A stretch of 64,000 nt of DNA from Mobula hypostoma (lineage: Eukaryota). The position numbers and the translations under genes are program-made. The stretch covers positions 36,086,001-36,150,000 of the forward strand of contig NC_086097.1 in NCBI RefSeq assembly GCF_963921235.1, read 5' to 3'. The notes under the pieces are model-generated. The model was not told the DNA's origin and searched no databases. It saw nothing but the letters and a program-made list of their open reading frames with translations. This document shows positions 38,184 through 51,649 of the stretch, in pieces; position 1 is the first letter of the stretch, and each line of letters begins with the position of its first letter.

Positions 38184-41100
38184 ATATAAGACAGAGGAGC
38201 AGAAATAGGCCATTTGGCCCATCGAGTCTGCTCACCATTTCATCACAGCCGATCTAATTTTCCTCTCAGCCCCAAGGTCCTGCCTTTTCCCTGTATCCCT
38301 CATGCCCTGACCAATCAAGAATCTCTCATCCTCTGCCTTAAATATCCATAAAGATGGCCTCCACAGCTGCCTGTGGCAAAGAATCCCACAGATTCACCAC
38401 TCTAACTAAAGAAACTACTCATCTCAGTTCTAAAAGGACGTCCTTCTATTCTAAGGTGGTGTCCTCAGGTCTTAGACTCTCCCACCAAAGGAAAGATCCT
38501 TTCCACCTCCACTCTATGAAGGCCTTTCACCATTTGATAGGTTTCCATGAGGTCACCCCTCATTCTTCTGAATTCTAGTGAATACAGGCCCAGAGCCATG
38601 AAACACTCTTCATATGATAAGCCATTCAATCCTGGAATCAATTTCATGAACCTCCTTTGAACCATCTCCAGTTTCAGCACATCCTTTCTAAGTTAAGGGG
38701 CCCAAACCTGCTCATAATACTCCAACTGAGGCCTCACTAGTGCTTTATAAAGTTTCAACAATACATCCTTGCTTTTATATTCTAGTCCTGTAGAAATGAA
38801 TGCTAACATTGCATTTGCCTTCCTCACCACAGACTCAACTTGCAAATTAACCTTTAGAGAATCCTGCACAAGGACTTCCAAATCTGTTTGTACTTCAATT
38901 TTTTGTATTTTCTCTCCATTTAGAAAATAGTTAACCTTTTCATTTCTTCTATCAAAGTGCGTGACCATACACTTTGACGCTGTTTTCCATCTGCCATTTC
39001 TTTGCCCATTCTCCTAATCTTTCTACGGCCTCTGTAGCGTCTCTACTTCCTCAAAACTACCTGCCCCTCCACCTACCTTTATATCAACTGCAAACTTTTC
39101 AACAAAGCCATCAATTCCATCATCCAATTCATTGACATATAATGTAAAAAGAACTGGACCCAACATAGGCCCCTGTGGAACTGGTATTAACTGGTAGCCT
39201 TTATTCCCACTTTGCCTCCTGCCAATCGGCCACTGCTTTATCCATGCTAGAATCTTTCCTATAACACCTTGTTAAGCAGCCTCATGTGTGGTACCTTGTC
39301 AACAGCCTTCTGAAAATCCAAGCACACAACATCAACCGATTCCAGGCTGAATTGGTGGTAAAGAAGGCGAATGCAATGTTGGCATTCATTTCTAGAGAAA
39401 TAGAATAATAGAGCAGGGATGTGATGTTGAAACTCTACAAGGCACTCATAAGACCACACTTGGAGTATTGCGTGCAGTTTTGGACTCCTTATTTTAGAAA
39501 GGATATACTGACATTGGAGAAGGTTCAGAGAAGATTCACAAAAATGATTCCAGGAATGAAAGGGTTACCATATGAGGAATGTCTGGCAGCTCTTGGGCTG
39601 TATTCCCTGGAGATCAGGAGAATGAAGGGGGATCTTATAGAAACATTCTGAATGTTAAAAGGCCTGAACAGATTAGATATGGCAAAGTTATTTCCCATGG
39701 TAGGGGAGTCCTGGACAAGAGGGCATGACTTCAGGATTGAAGGACATCCATTTAGAACAGAGATGCAGAGAAATTACTTTAGTCAGAGGGGTGGTAAATC
39801 TGTGGACTTTGTTGCCATGAACGGCTGTGGAGGCCAAGTCATTGGGTGTATTTAAGGCAAAGATAGATAGGTTCTTGATCAGCCAGGGCATCAAAGTGTA
39901 TGGGGTGAAGGCAGGGGAGTGGGGATGACTGGAAGAATTGGATCAGCCCATGATTGAATGGCAGAGCAGACTCGTTGGGCTGAATGCCTTACTTCTTTTC
40001 CTATATCTTATGGTCTTATGATTCTCCTTTGTCTATCCTGCTTGTTATTTCTTCAAAGAATTCCAACAGATTTTTCAGACAAGATTTTCTTGAGGAAATC
40101 ATGCTGACCACGGCCTATTTTATCAAGTGCCTCCAAGTGCCTGGAAAATTCATCTTTATTAATCAACTCCGAGATCTTCCCAACCACTGAGGTTAGACTA
40201 ACTGACTTATAGTTTCTCTTCTTCTGCCACTCTCCCTTCTTGAAGAATGGAGTGACAGTTGCAATTTTCCAGTCCTCCAGAACCTTTCCAGAGTCTAATG
40301 ATTCTTGAAAGATCATTACGAATGCTTCACAATCTCTTCAGCAACCTCCTTCAGAACCCAGGGGTGTACACCTTCTGGTCCAGGTGATTTACCTGCCTGC
40401 AGACTTTACAGTTTCCCAAGAACCTTTTCTCTAGTTATGGTAACTTTACACAAGTTCATGGCCCCTGACATCTGGAACTTCACCATACTGCTAGTGTCTT
40501 CCACAATGAAGACTGATCCAAAATACTCATTCAGTTTGTCTGCCATTTTGTTGTCCCCCATTACTACCTGTGCGGTGTCGTTTTTCAGCAGTCCAATATC
40601 TACTTTCACTTCTTTTTTACACTTTATGTATCTGAAGAAACTTTTGGTATCCTCTTTATTGGCTAGCTTACTTTCGTATTCCATCTTTACCTCCTTAATG
40701 ACTTTTTTAGTTGCCTTCTGTTGGTTTTTAAAAGCTTCCCAATCATCTAACTTCCCACTAATTTTTGATCTATTATATGCCCTTTCTTTGACTTTTATGT
40801 TGGCTTTGACTTCCCTTGTTAGCCATGAATGTGTCATCTTTCCTTTAGAATACTTCTTCCTCTTTGGGATGTATTTATCCTGTGCCTCTGAATTGCTTCC
40901 AGAAATTCCAGCCATTGTTGCTCTGCTGTTATCCCTTCCAGTGCTCTTTTCCAATCAATTCTGGCCAACCGCTCTCTCATGCCTCTGTAATTCCTTTTAC
41001 TTCACTGTAATACTGAAACATTTGAATTTAGCTTCTCCTCAAATTTCAGTGCGATTTGATCATATTATGATCACTTTCCCCAGAGGGATCTTTTACCTTA

Positions 41101-42440
41101 AGCTTTCTAATCAATTATGGTTCAACGCATAACACCCAGTCTAGAATAGCTGATCCTCTAGTGGGCTCAACCACGAGAAGATCTTTAAAGTAATCTCGTA
41201 GGCAGTCTAGAAATTCCCCCTTCGGGAATCTAGCACCATCCTGATTTCCCCAATCTACCTGCATATTGAAATCCCCCATGACTATTATAACATTGCCCTT
41301 TTGGTATGCATTTTTTTTCTCCTGTTGTAATATGTAGGTCACAACCTTACTACTGTTTGGGGGTCTGTATACAACTCTCATCAGGGTCTTTTTACCCTTG
41401 CAGCTCCTTAGCTCTATCCATGATAATTCAACACCTTTCGACCTTATGTTACCTCTTTCTAATGATTTAATTTTTTACCAACAGAGCAACGCCAACCCCT
41501 CTGCCTTCCTGCCTGTCCTTTTGATACATTGTGTATCCTAGGATTTTAAGCTTCCAGCTATAATCTTTCAGCCATGATTCAGTGATGCCTACAACAACAT
41601 ACCTGCCAATCTGCAACTGTGCTACAAGTTCAGCTACCTTATTCCGTAAGCTGAAGCATTCAGATACAACACCTTCAGTCCAGTATTCACCCTTTTCATT
41701 TTGTCCACCTTTTACGTTGCAGCTCAACCTGTTGATTGCAATTCTGCCCTGTCATCAGCCTCTCCTCACTACACATTGCCTCTGTTTGTAAACCAGCAAC
41801 CCTCATCTTCAGCTCTATTATCCATCTTTCCTACGATACTTCTTGCATTGAAATATACGCTGCTCAGGACACTAGTCACATCATGCTCAACCTTTTGATT
41901 CATAACTTTGTCTGAGGTCTTACCATCTCCCTCCACAACCTCTCCACTAACTTTCTGGCACTCCGGTTCCCATCCTCCTGCAACTCTAGTTTAAACCCCA
42001 CTGTGCAGCATTAACCAACCTTCCCACTAGGATATTAGTCCCCCTCCAGTTCAGGTGCAAACTGTCCCTTCTGTACAGGTCCCATCTTCCCTGGAAGAGA
42101 GCCCAACGATCCAAAAATCTTATGCCCTCCCTCCTACACCAACTCCTTAGCCACGTATTAAATTAAATCCTAGTTCTAGCCTCACTAGCACGTGGTATGG
42201 GTAGCAATCCTGAGGTCATAACCCTGGATGCCCTGTCCTTTAACTCAGCACTTAACTCCCTGAACTCCCTATGCAAAACCACATCACTCGTCCTACCCAT
42301 GTCATTGGTACCTACATTGACCATGCCTTCTCCCTCCCACTTAAGAATGCTGAGGACTCGATCCGAGATACCCCAGACCTTGGCAGCCGGGAGGCAACAT
42401 ACCATCGGGGAATCTTGTACTCACCCATAGACCCTCCTGT
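38184..42440 (-). mobile_element. Long CR1 LINE including ORF1 esterase (SGNH-like) remnant, APE and RT
   Basis: ORF1-like VCCLPAAKV..VNVGTNDMG..SGLLP (42163-42405). APE VGITESWL, VVYRPP, MGDFN. RT and C-terminal motifs down to the tail at ~38184. Confidence 0.92.
39344..40020 (+). mobile_element. Younger CR1 3' fragment inserted in opposite orientation inside CR1
   Basis: ORFs 39421-39855 are nearly identical to the 27364-27810 copy. Tail cttatggtcttatg. Short gattc duplication at both ends. Confidence 0.9.
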
Positions 42441-45400
42441 CCAGGAGAAAACACACCAATCGTCACTGATGAGACAGCAGATCTGTCCTGGGCCACACAT
42501 ATTGATGCAAGCATGAAGAAAGCACGCTGGCATCTCTACATTGTTAGAAGTTTGAGGAGATTTGGAGCGTTACCAAAACCTCTCACAAATGTCTGGAGGT
42601 GTATCGTGAAAGAGCATTCTGACTGATTAAATCACAGCCTGGTATGGAGGCTCCAACGTACAGGATTGAAAGAGGCTGCAATCGGTTGTAGACTCCGCTC
42701 CACCAGGGACCCAACCCTATCCACCATCGAGGACATTTTCAAGAAGTTGTGCTTCAAAAAGGCAATATCCATCACTACAGACCCTCACCATCTGGGACAT
42801 GCCCTCTCCATTAGGGAGGAGGTACAGAAGCCTAAAGACCCACACTCAACATTTTAGGAGCTTCTTCTTCCTTGGTGCTACCAGATTTCTGAATGGTCCA
42901 TAAATTTATGAACACAATCTCTTTATTCTGTTTTTATTGTACTATTTTATTTGTTTTTGTAGTTTAAAGTAATCTTATGTCTTACCACTGTAATGCTGAT
43001 GCAAAACAGCATATTTCACATTATATAAGTCAGTATTAATATATCTGATTCTGATTCAGACCTTGAAATCAGGCCTCCCACCCTTTAATACTAGTTATCT
43101 TCCCTCTCCAGTCTTGGTCCTGGTGCAAGATCTCGACTAAAAACATCAATACTTCCTCTCCCCTCTCTCCACAGATGCTGCTTCCTCCAGCAGTCTGTTT
43201 TTTTTTTCTTGTTTGAAATCAGGCATGCAATTCTATCCAGGCAACAATAAAAGCAAGTCACAGATGCCGGAAATAAAAAACAGAAAATGAGAAGGAAGGT
43301 CCTGGTCTATTACATTAACTCCACTTCTCTCTCTATGAATGTTGCCTGACCTGTTGACATTTCCAGCATTTCCTGTTTTGTTTATCTTCAACACAGTTTC
43401 TATTTAAAGCTTTAAACTTACACAACAATTTATCATTCAAACTACTAAGGATAAGTGGTCTGAAACTTTAGTAGTGGAACTGGTTTTTATAGAACTCCTG
43501 GTTCTGCAATGGACTTGCAATCTGTAACTATCTTCACCGCCCTTTTGTAACCCCCAGCTAATGCCTGATGAAAATACACAATGCTTTAGTTGATTGCAAG
43601 ACAAGAAATAAGAACATTTAATGACTCTTCAAACATCTAAAATCACTCAGCAGGTTCTGGTAAAATTTCAGTGACAGCGAAATCACTGTTCCGCAGTGAA
43701 ATTTCATACAAAACTTGTTTTTCAATTGTCACTATGCCATACACTCTCTCATGACAAAAAAAACAGCATTGGACCCTGGAGATACACCATGGGATACTGG
43801 CACAAATAGTCTTCAATGTATTTGCCTTGAATTCCTTTATCAGGGAACTAATTGGATTTAAAAGTGGGTTGACATCTTTTCTAAAAGAAAGGAACTTCAA
43901 ACGAATGTACATTTTACTGAACAATTTCATGCCTGATGGGCATTAATGCTTTCAATCTCTGTCATTTCACACTTTTGCTTATAAGAAATAAAGACCATTT
44001 CCAGTTTGGGCCTCAAAGAATTCAATTTAGTGTAACATATATGGAATATTTTAAGCTAGCACTCTCTCTATGATAAGAGGGTAAATCTAGCTGCCTTCTC
44101 CCAGCTCGTACTATCATGGGCCATGTCCATTTGAGAGAGAGGAAACTGCCAGTCAATAATCTGCAATATGCCGAATTAATGCAGCTTTCATTATAAACAG
44201 CTACCAGTCTTTGAAAGCTGTACGTTGCTTGAATTGTAAGAATTGTACTGATTAAGAGGGATTGTTGATAGATGGAAATTTAGCAAGTGGATGAAACAAT
44301 AGTTAGAATGTGCCATTTAATGATGAATTCACTCATAACTGGTCAGGTTGTCAAATTTTCTCCTGCACTTACCTTGGACCTCAGTTCTGGTGCTAATGGT
44401 TATCTGTACTTCCTCCCAATGTCTCCTTAGTTTACATATGGAGGCTTGTGGCCCCAGTGTGGTTGCAGAATATTTCTTCTTCTCACCACATCTTCCACAA
44501 AGACCTCTAGTATGTTGCCCAATAACCTTGGGTGTTCATTCATCTGTACATTCAATCACTCCTCCGATTTATAACAGTGCGATCATTCAAGTCAGTATGA
44601 TGTTCCTCTAAGAGGTTGTCTACTGGTGGGTCCTCAGGCTAATTTGAGATCCACATATTCTAGTGAGATCTCACAATCCTGCCTGCTTTGCCACTTGCTC
44701 ATCACTACGTGACTTAATCCGGAATGTTACGATGGATTTCCCTAATGGAGAATGACTGCGCATGACTTTGTTTAACATGGGGAAGCTGATGCACGGGCAG
44801 CCACCACATGGTCCCTGACAGATTTGGGTCATGGTCCAGTGGTGTGGAATGCGAGACAACTGAGGACCCTTCACTGCTGCGGCCTTCCACCACCTTCACT
44901 GCCATTGTGATATGCCATCATCTTCCGCCTGCTCCACCACTGAGATCTTGGTTGGATCTCTCTTTTTCTGGAACCTCTTCCTTGACCTTACCGCCACGGG
45001 TGATCCTACCAGGATTTAAGCGCCAGATGGCTAAACTCCAGATAGCATCACTCTCCGGATCTCAGAAACTCACAAGCCACTCCACCACGAGTTTATGGTC
45101 TTCGGAGAAAACTTCTTCAATTACCACAGCCCAGAAGCACTTCTCCAAGACTTCAACCAACCTTTAAAATCAATATGTTTGTTCCTGAACTTCTGCAGAA
45201 ATGGTGGCGAACCCAATGTCCAATTCACATTCAGCAAGGTCCAATGAACTAGCTGATTAATCATTTTGGGATTGGGTACAAGAGAAATGGTGATTGGATG
45301 CAAAAGCTAACCAAAATCTTTGCCCGCACCACTACTTTAACAGAAAGACTGGAGAAGTCTGTCATCTAATTTTCCCTGACCACATGCATATCACATATAC

Positions 45401-48400
45401 CATTTCTGAGAAAAGGAAGATAATAATGCATAATTATAGATCTGAAAGCACTACATATCATTCAGTGCACAATGTATTTTTGCTGATGTTTCATCAGCCA
45501 TATACTGTGTACTGTAAGAACTCATCACATCAGCTCTGGTGTTATAGAAAGTCAGTTCTTTTATTCAGACTAGTGCTACCCACATAACTAACATGATAAA
45601 GTCATGCCCAACTTATTGAGATGAATATCATGAAAAGGTCAGTGCTCTAGCAGGTGGGAGGGTGTTCCTGAATGCTCATCGACACAGCAAGTTCCACTAC
45701 CTTTACATGATAGTAACAAATTAAAATGTCCGGAAACAAGAAATGGGAAGCTGGTGGCTAGATGAGCAAATTCTGAAATGTATGCCCATTGGAACACAGA
45801 AAATTGATCCAGAGAGCCAGACTAATACTGGGGGTTTAAGTAGCACAGTATTCGGATGTCTGGCTACTTCTGCTCATCACACTCTTTGTGTTGATGCTGG
45901 CACTGGACTGACATAGGGGTTTCCTGGCCCTGCCTAACCTGCTCCACATATTCCCATCAATCCATGTAGGTCACTGTGCCTACTTATGAGATACCTAGCT
46001 GTTTATTTGCCTGAGAATAAACCTTACAGTCACATTTATTTATTTATTTATTTGTTTGTTGGGATATAATACAGAATAGGTCCCTCTGACCCTTCGAGCC
46101 ACACCGCTCAGTAATCCCTCGATTTAACTCTTAACCTAATCTCCGAGCAATTCACAATGACTAATTAACCTACCAACTGGTATGTCTTTGAGCTGTCGGA
46201 GGAAACCGGAGCACTCGGAGGAAACCCACACAGTCACGGGGAGAACGTACAAACTCCTTATAGGCAGCAGCGGGAATTGAACCCATGTCACCTGTACTAT
46301 AAAGTGTTGTGCTAGCCACTGCGTTACCTTGCCGCCCCTTTCAAACCCATTATTATAGTGGTCTGCAGAATAATCTTCAATTAAAACTTGCTATTACAAT
46401 GCTGGTGATCACCAATCAGGGTTCAATTCCCGCTGCTGTCTGTAAGGAGTTTACAGGTTCTCCTCGTGACCATGTGGGTTTCCTCTGGGTGCTCTGGTTT
46501 CCTCCCACAAAGATGTACAGCAAAGGTTTGTGCATAGAGGGCATGCTATGCTGGCGCCAGGAGCATGATGATACTTGCGGGCTGCCCAACACAAACCTCA
46601 CTGATTTGATTTGACACAAATGATGCATTTCTCTGTATGTTTCGATGCACCTGTGACAAATAAAACTAATCTGTTCTTTCTTTCTCCATCACGGTTGCCG
46701 GTGCTAAACCTGGAACTCCTCACCCAAAAGCACACTGGGTGTCCTTTCACCTGTGGGACTGTAGGATTCAAGAAGATAGATCAACACTGTCTTTTGAAGG
46801 GTGATTGTGGGTAGGCAATAACTGCTGGCTTTCCCAGCAGGGCCCACATTCTGAAAACTGAGTACAGAATAAAAGGTGCCTTACACCACATTTAACAAGC
46901 TTATCAAGGGCTCTTGTGAGTTGCTGTTCATAGTGAGGGTACAGGATCAGAAATACTAAACAGCAAAGGAAGGGCATGAAAAAGCTGGGAACCATATACA
47001 TCTGTGGTCAACAACTAGTATGTCCATTAATACAAGTCTGTAATGTAAGATGAGCTATAGGGGTCCAAATCTTAGAACTCCACTGAGTGACCCAAAGCAA
47101 TAAGTTGCAGATGATGCACATTGTTTAGCTTCCCTACTGTTGCTGGAAATAGACTCATTAGAAAACTTTGATTAGTGGTAAATAATTTAAATTTAGCCAG
47201 ATAGGCATTCTCCTACAATTTGTCTACAAATTAAAAAGTACCCTCAGCTTTAGTAATTTAGCTCATCACACCCTGTATGGAAATAAACTTGTTTTAGGTA
47301 GCTGCTCCCTTGAACTATGACTCCATCTCATGAATGTGCTTTATTAAATACAAAAACCACACCTTGAGATATTTAAATTCCACCAGACTTTGTGAACAAC
47401 ATTTCAAAGCTTCTGGTAGCTTACGAAATGGTGAAAGAATTATTTCAACTGCACCCAGGCGTTGAACTATAAATGGCAACTGATGACCTGATTATTCTTT
47501 GTTGACGGTGCTGTCAGGGACGTCAAATGACATGCCTCAGTGCAACGTAGCTGCAAGTAAGTTTTTCAATGTGTTGTACCGTACTGTAATTGTGAACGAG
47601 GCAATAAACTGGACGAGTCTGACTGAGCCCAGCACTTCAACAACAAATCTCCCCTGCCTGCCCTGAGCGTCAAAAAACAAACATACTTCTAGGAATACCA
47701 TTTTAAAAAAGAGGATTCATAAAATTTGACAGCAATCAATACAGACCCACAGGACTCATCACAGGAAAGAAGTCTATCATTCCTCACCTTTTGTAATTAC
47801 AAGAAAAACATTAGTGAAAACTTTTTGAACGGACAGCACACCTAATCTTCCCAAGCACAAAACACTCAGCAATACAACACATTTTCGATACTTCAAAACA
47901 TGGTCCTGAGGTTCATTCAGAAGGAAAACACCAACTCTCGTTATCTATACAAACTTGAAAGAGAAATCTTACTTTGTACATGAGCCAAGGCTGTTTAAAT
48001 GAAGCAAAACACACAGTGTCAGTATACTGCACTGCCTGTACTTACTATGCACAAAATCCATTTGATAAAATGCCCCAGGTGCATTCCAGACGCATGAGCT
48101 TAAAATCCTACCTTCAAGTAACTCTGAACTCCATTTGTACAGGCCCCTTTCACTTCAGCTCAGAGAGAACCCTCGGTGAAAGAAGCGTAATAAAACATCA
48201 TTTCTCTTTATGTGTTCTGGTGGGATTTCCTTCCAGCTCAAAGAGATTTTCTTATCGCTAAACTTCCTGAAACTTTAGGTGTGGTTCAGCTGCTTGTAGC
48301 TTTTGTTCGCTCACTGAACGAGAGGGTTTGCACGGGAGCCTAGATTACATAATTTACATCTTCCTGACTTCCAAACAGGTAGACTGATCAGCCCACATTT

Positions 48401-49494
48401 TTCTCTAGTTGAAATGAAAAGCTTATGAGCAAACAAAAATTCTTTAACTTTCCAGGGCAATAGTAAACTTAGGCTCTAACAGTGATATAACAAACAAGTG
48501 TCAATAGGAAACTGACAGGATTTCTCACAATGGTACTCAATAATAGCGATGTTTATTTGAAGAAAACATGCCATTTGCAGTGATTCCAAGAGATGGAATC
48601 AATGACTGAAAATTAATCTCAGAATGTACTAGATACATTTGTTTCCAACATGAAGATATCTTTGATTGTAGCAATGAAACTCGAATTGCTCAGGTTACCT
48701 ATAGCAGAATACACCCTACAAAATGCACTTAGCTTTATAGAGCAGGCAGTCATCAACTTACTCTGAGAAATATTAGCAGTACCACTTTTCAGTAGCGTTA
48801 ATTTCTTGTAACTTACAATGAGGCTATTCAGCCCATTGGGTCTACTGTAGCTCTCAGAACGAAACCTCACTTATTTTCCGGTAACCTGCTCTCTTTCACG
48901 TGCCCAGCAGTTCCATTCTGATACTCCGACCATCCACCTTTCCAGCAGCTAACTAACCTACCAGAACATCTTCGGAAAGTGGGAGAAACTGAAGCACCAA
49001 GGGGAAGCTCACACAGCCACCAGGAGAACGTGCAAACTCCACATTAACAGCATACAACACCGGGATCAAACCTGGAACACTAACTGTTATTCCCACATGC
49101 TGCTCCTGAGCTAAGAATACATTTTTTTTCGGAAAACGGTTGTGAATACCTGACACAAGACAATCGATTTAGCATTTAAGACCAAGGCGGAACATCAAAT
49201 GTACTTATTTCTTGCTTACTGTATTGAATGACATTGGGTTAATAGCTAAATTTTGCCAAAGAAAGTTTAGAGTATGGAACTCATTCACTTTGGAAGAGGC
49301 TAAAAGGGAACAGAATGGATAGATTACAGTGAAGTTAGATAAATTGATGAGGCTGAGAAGGTGAAAAGGTTTTCTCTGCTAAAAATCTAAAGTAAAGGTT
49401 TAAAGGCCTATTTGTTATCAAAGTATACAACTCTGGAAATACTTCTTCTCCGGGTGGCCATGAAACCAAGAAAGAAAAGAAAGGCAGCATGATC

Positions 49495-49890
49495 GTCAAT
49501 CCTCCGCAAATCCCCCCTCACCGCACAAAACAGCAAACAAAAACGGAACAGGCACATCGAGCCCCAAATCCCTCCTCCTGCACAAAAACTGAACAGTCAC
49601 ATCGACCCCCAAATCCCCCCTCCTCACACAAAGCAGCAAAGAAAAACGGAACAGGCACATCAACCCCCAAATCCCACATCGATTCCCAAATCCCCCCTCT
49701 TCGCACAAAGCAGCAAACAACAACGGAACAGGCACATCAACCCCCAAATCCCTCCTCCCACACAAATAAACAAACAAAAATGGAACAGGCACATTGACCC
49801 CCCCCCCCCAAATCCCTCCTCCTGCACAAAAAACAAGCAAAATGGAATAGGCACATCATCGCCAAATCCTCCTCCTCCCACACACAAAAA
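49495..49890. repeat. Imperfect minisatellite (~50-56 bp unit, ggaacaggcacatc..cccccaaatccc..cacaaa)
   Basis: About 7 visible copies. Probably part of a non-autonomous element 3' region. Confidence 0.85.
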
Positions 49891-50586
49891 AATGAGAAAG
49901 ATTGGGCAAAAAACACAGACTATCAAAAATCATAGGACTGAGAAAAGTCTATAGTCCAAGTCTATATCCAAAATGCAGAAAACCTGGGCAACACTCTCCA
50001 GATGATCCAGTTCAATTATCAGTCAAATCCATATTGTAACCTCCCCTGGTGACTTACTTATCCTGTCAGGTGGAATTTTCTGTTCATCATTCATCTTTAT
50101 GTTCACGATGGAGCAGCAGAAGGAGCACGAGTTGTGCAAACATTTCAGAGGCCAGAACAACCACTAACCCTCTTCACTTTCCCCCAATACAGTATGAAGG
50201 CTGCGAAATGGAATTAACCTTTGGGGCCTGACTCCAACACAAACATCTCCTACTTGGTGTTGCCTGTTCATTTGAATGCCTCCCACATTTATTCCTACTT
50301 CAGGGAGATGCAAGAGACAGCAGGTGCTGGAACCTGCAGCAGCACACTAAAAGCCCAAGGAACTCAGTGGGTCAGGCAGCGTCTATGGAGGGAAATGGAC
50401 AGAAGATGTCTTGAGTTAAAACCCTTCATCTTGACTGAAAGATAAAGAGGAGAAAAAGCCTGAAGACACACACTCAACGTTTTAGAAACAGCTTCTCCTC
50501 CTCTGTCATCAGATTTCTGAACGGTCCCTGAATCCACAAAGACTAATTCACTATTTTTTCACCCTTTTCTGCATTACTTATTTTAT

Positions 50587-50639
50587 ATATACACACACAC
50601 ACACACTCACTCACACTCACACACACACACACTTTCACA

Positions 50640-50705
<66 letters not shown>

Positions 50706-50724
50706 CACACTCACACACACTCAC
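50587..50724. repeat. (CA)n/(CT)n compound microsatellite
   Basis: Directly visible. Confidence 0.97.
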
Positions 50725-50725
50725 C

Positions 50726-51198
50726 CAGTGGCCACTTTATTAGGTACACATGCACACCTGCTCGTTAATGCAAGTATCTTATCAGCCAATCATGTGGCAG
50801 TAACTCAGGCATCAAGAGATTCAGTTCGCAGCAAACACCAGAATGGGGAAGACCGCAGAATGATTATTGATGCCAGACAGGGTGGTTTGAGTATCTCAGA
50901 AACTGCTGATCTCCTGGGATTTTCCCTCACAACAAACTCTAGAGCTTACAGATAACGATGTGAAAAACAAAAAAAAAAACATCCAGTGAGCGGCATCTCT
51001 GTGAGTGAGAAAGCCTTGTTAATGAGAGAAGTCAAAGGAGAAGGCCTAGATTGGTTCAAGCTGACAGAAAAGTGGCAGGAACTCAAATAACCACACGTTA
51101 AAACAGTGGTGCGCAGAAGAGCATCTCTGAATGCTCAAAAGGTCGAGACTTGAAGTGAATGAGCTACAGCAGCAGAAGATCACAAATATACACTCAGT
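50726..51198 (+). mobile_element. Deleted Tc1-like transposon remnant
   Basis: cagtggccactttattaggtacac terminus and HTH-like remnant RRMIIDARQGGLSISETADLLGFS. Confidence 0.75.
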
Positions 51199-51256
51199 TC
51201 AACCCTTTAGATATATTATAGACACAGACACACATTACATACAGTACATAGTATAT

Positions 51257-51546
51257 ATATAGGCATTCGTTTGTCTTGTGAGACCATGGATTTGTGCCTT
51301 GGAAGGTTTCCAGGGCGCAGGTCTGGGCAAGGTTGTATGGAAGAACAGCAGTTTCCCATGCTGCTAGACTCCCCTCTCCACGCCATCGGCATTAGGACCC
51401 ATACAGCTTGGTACCGGTGTCGTCGCAGAGTAATGTGTGGTTAAGTGCCTTGCTCAAGGACACACACACTGCCTCAGCCAAGGCTCGAACTAGCGACCTT
51501 CAAATCAGTAGACCGATGCTTTAACCACTTGGCCATGCGCCAACAC
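51257..51546 (-). mobile_element. tRNA-derived SINE (same family as 5315-5606)
   Basis: Reverse-complement homology to the 5315 copy. 15-bp TSD cagtacatagtatat at 51242-51256 and 51547-51561. Confidence 0.88.
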
Positions 51547-51649
51547 CAGTACATAGTATATTTTACTTATTGCACTGTAATGCTGCCACAAAACAACAAA
51601 TTTCACAATCTACATCAGTGGTAATAAACCTGATTCAGATTCAGAGTTA

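Larger units (their letters stand above)
37930..43060 (+). mobile_element. Rex1-like LINE split by a CR1 insertion (halves 37930-38182 and ~42440-43060)
   Basis: Left half ends at NINKTKELTV-DF. Right half resumes with the following Rex1 region and ends in ctgattctgattc. Confidence 0.75.

Noticed and set aside
40305..41132. 275-aa hydrophobic ORF as a membrane protein
   Set aside because: It is the antisense shadow of A-rich CR1 ORF2.
49489..49926. Repetitive Pro/His/Gly-rich ORFs or a CRISPR-like array
   Set aside because: It is a degenerate minisatellite with no unique spacers and no cas genes, in a eukaryotic context.
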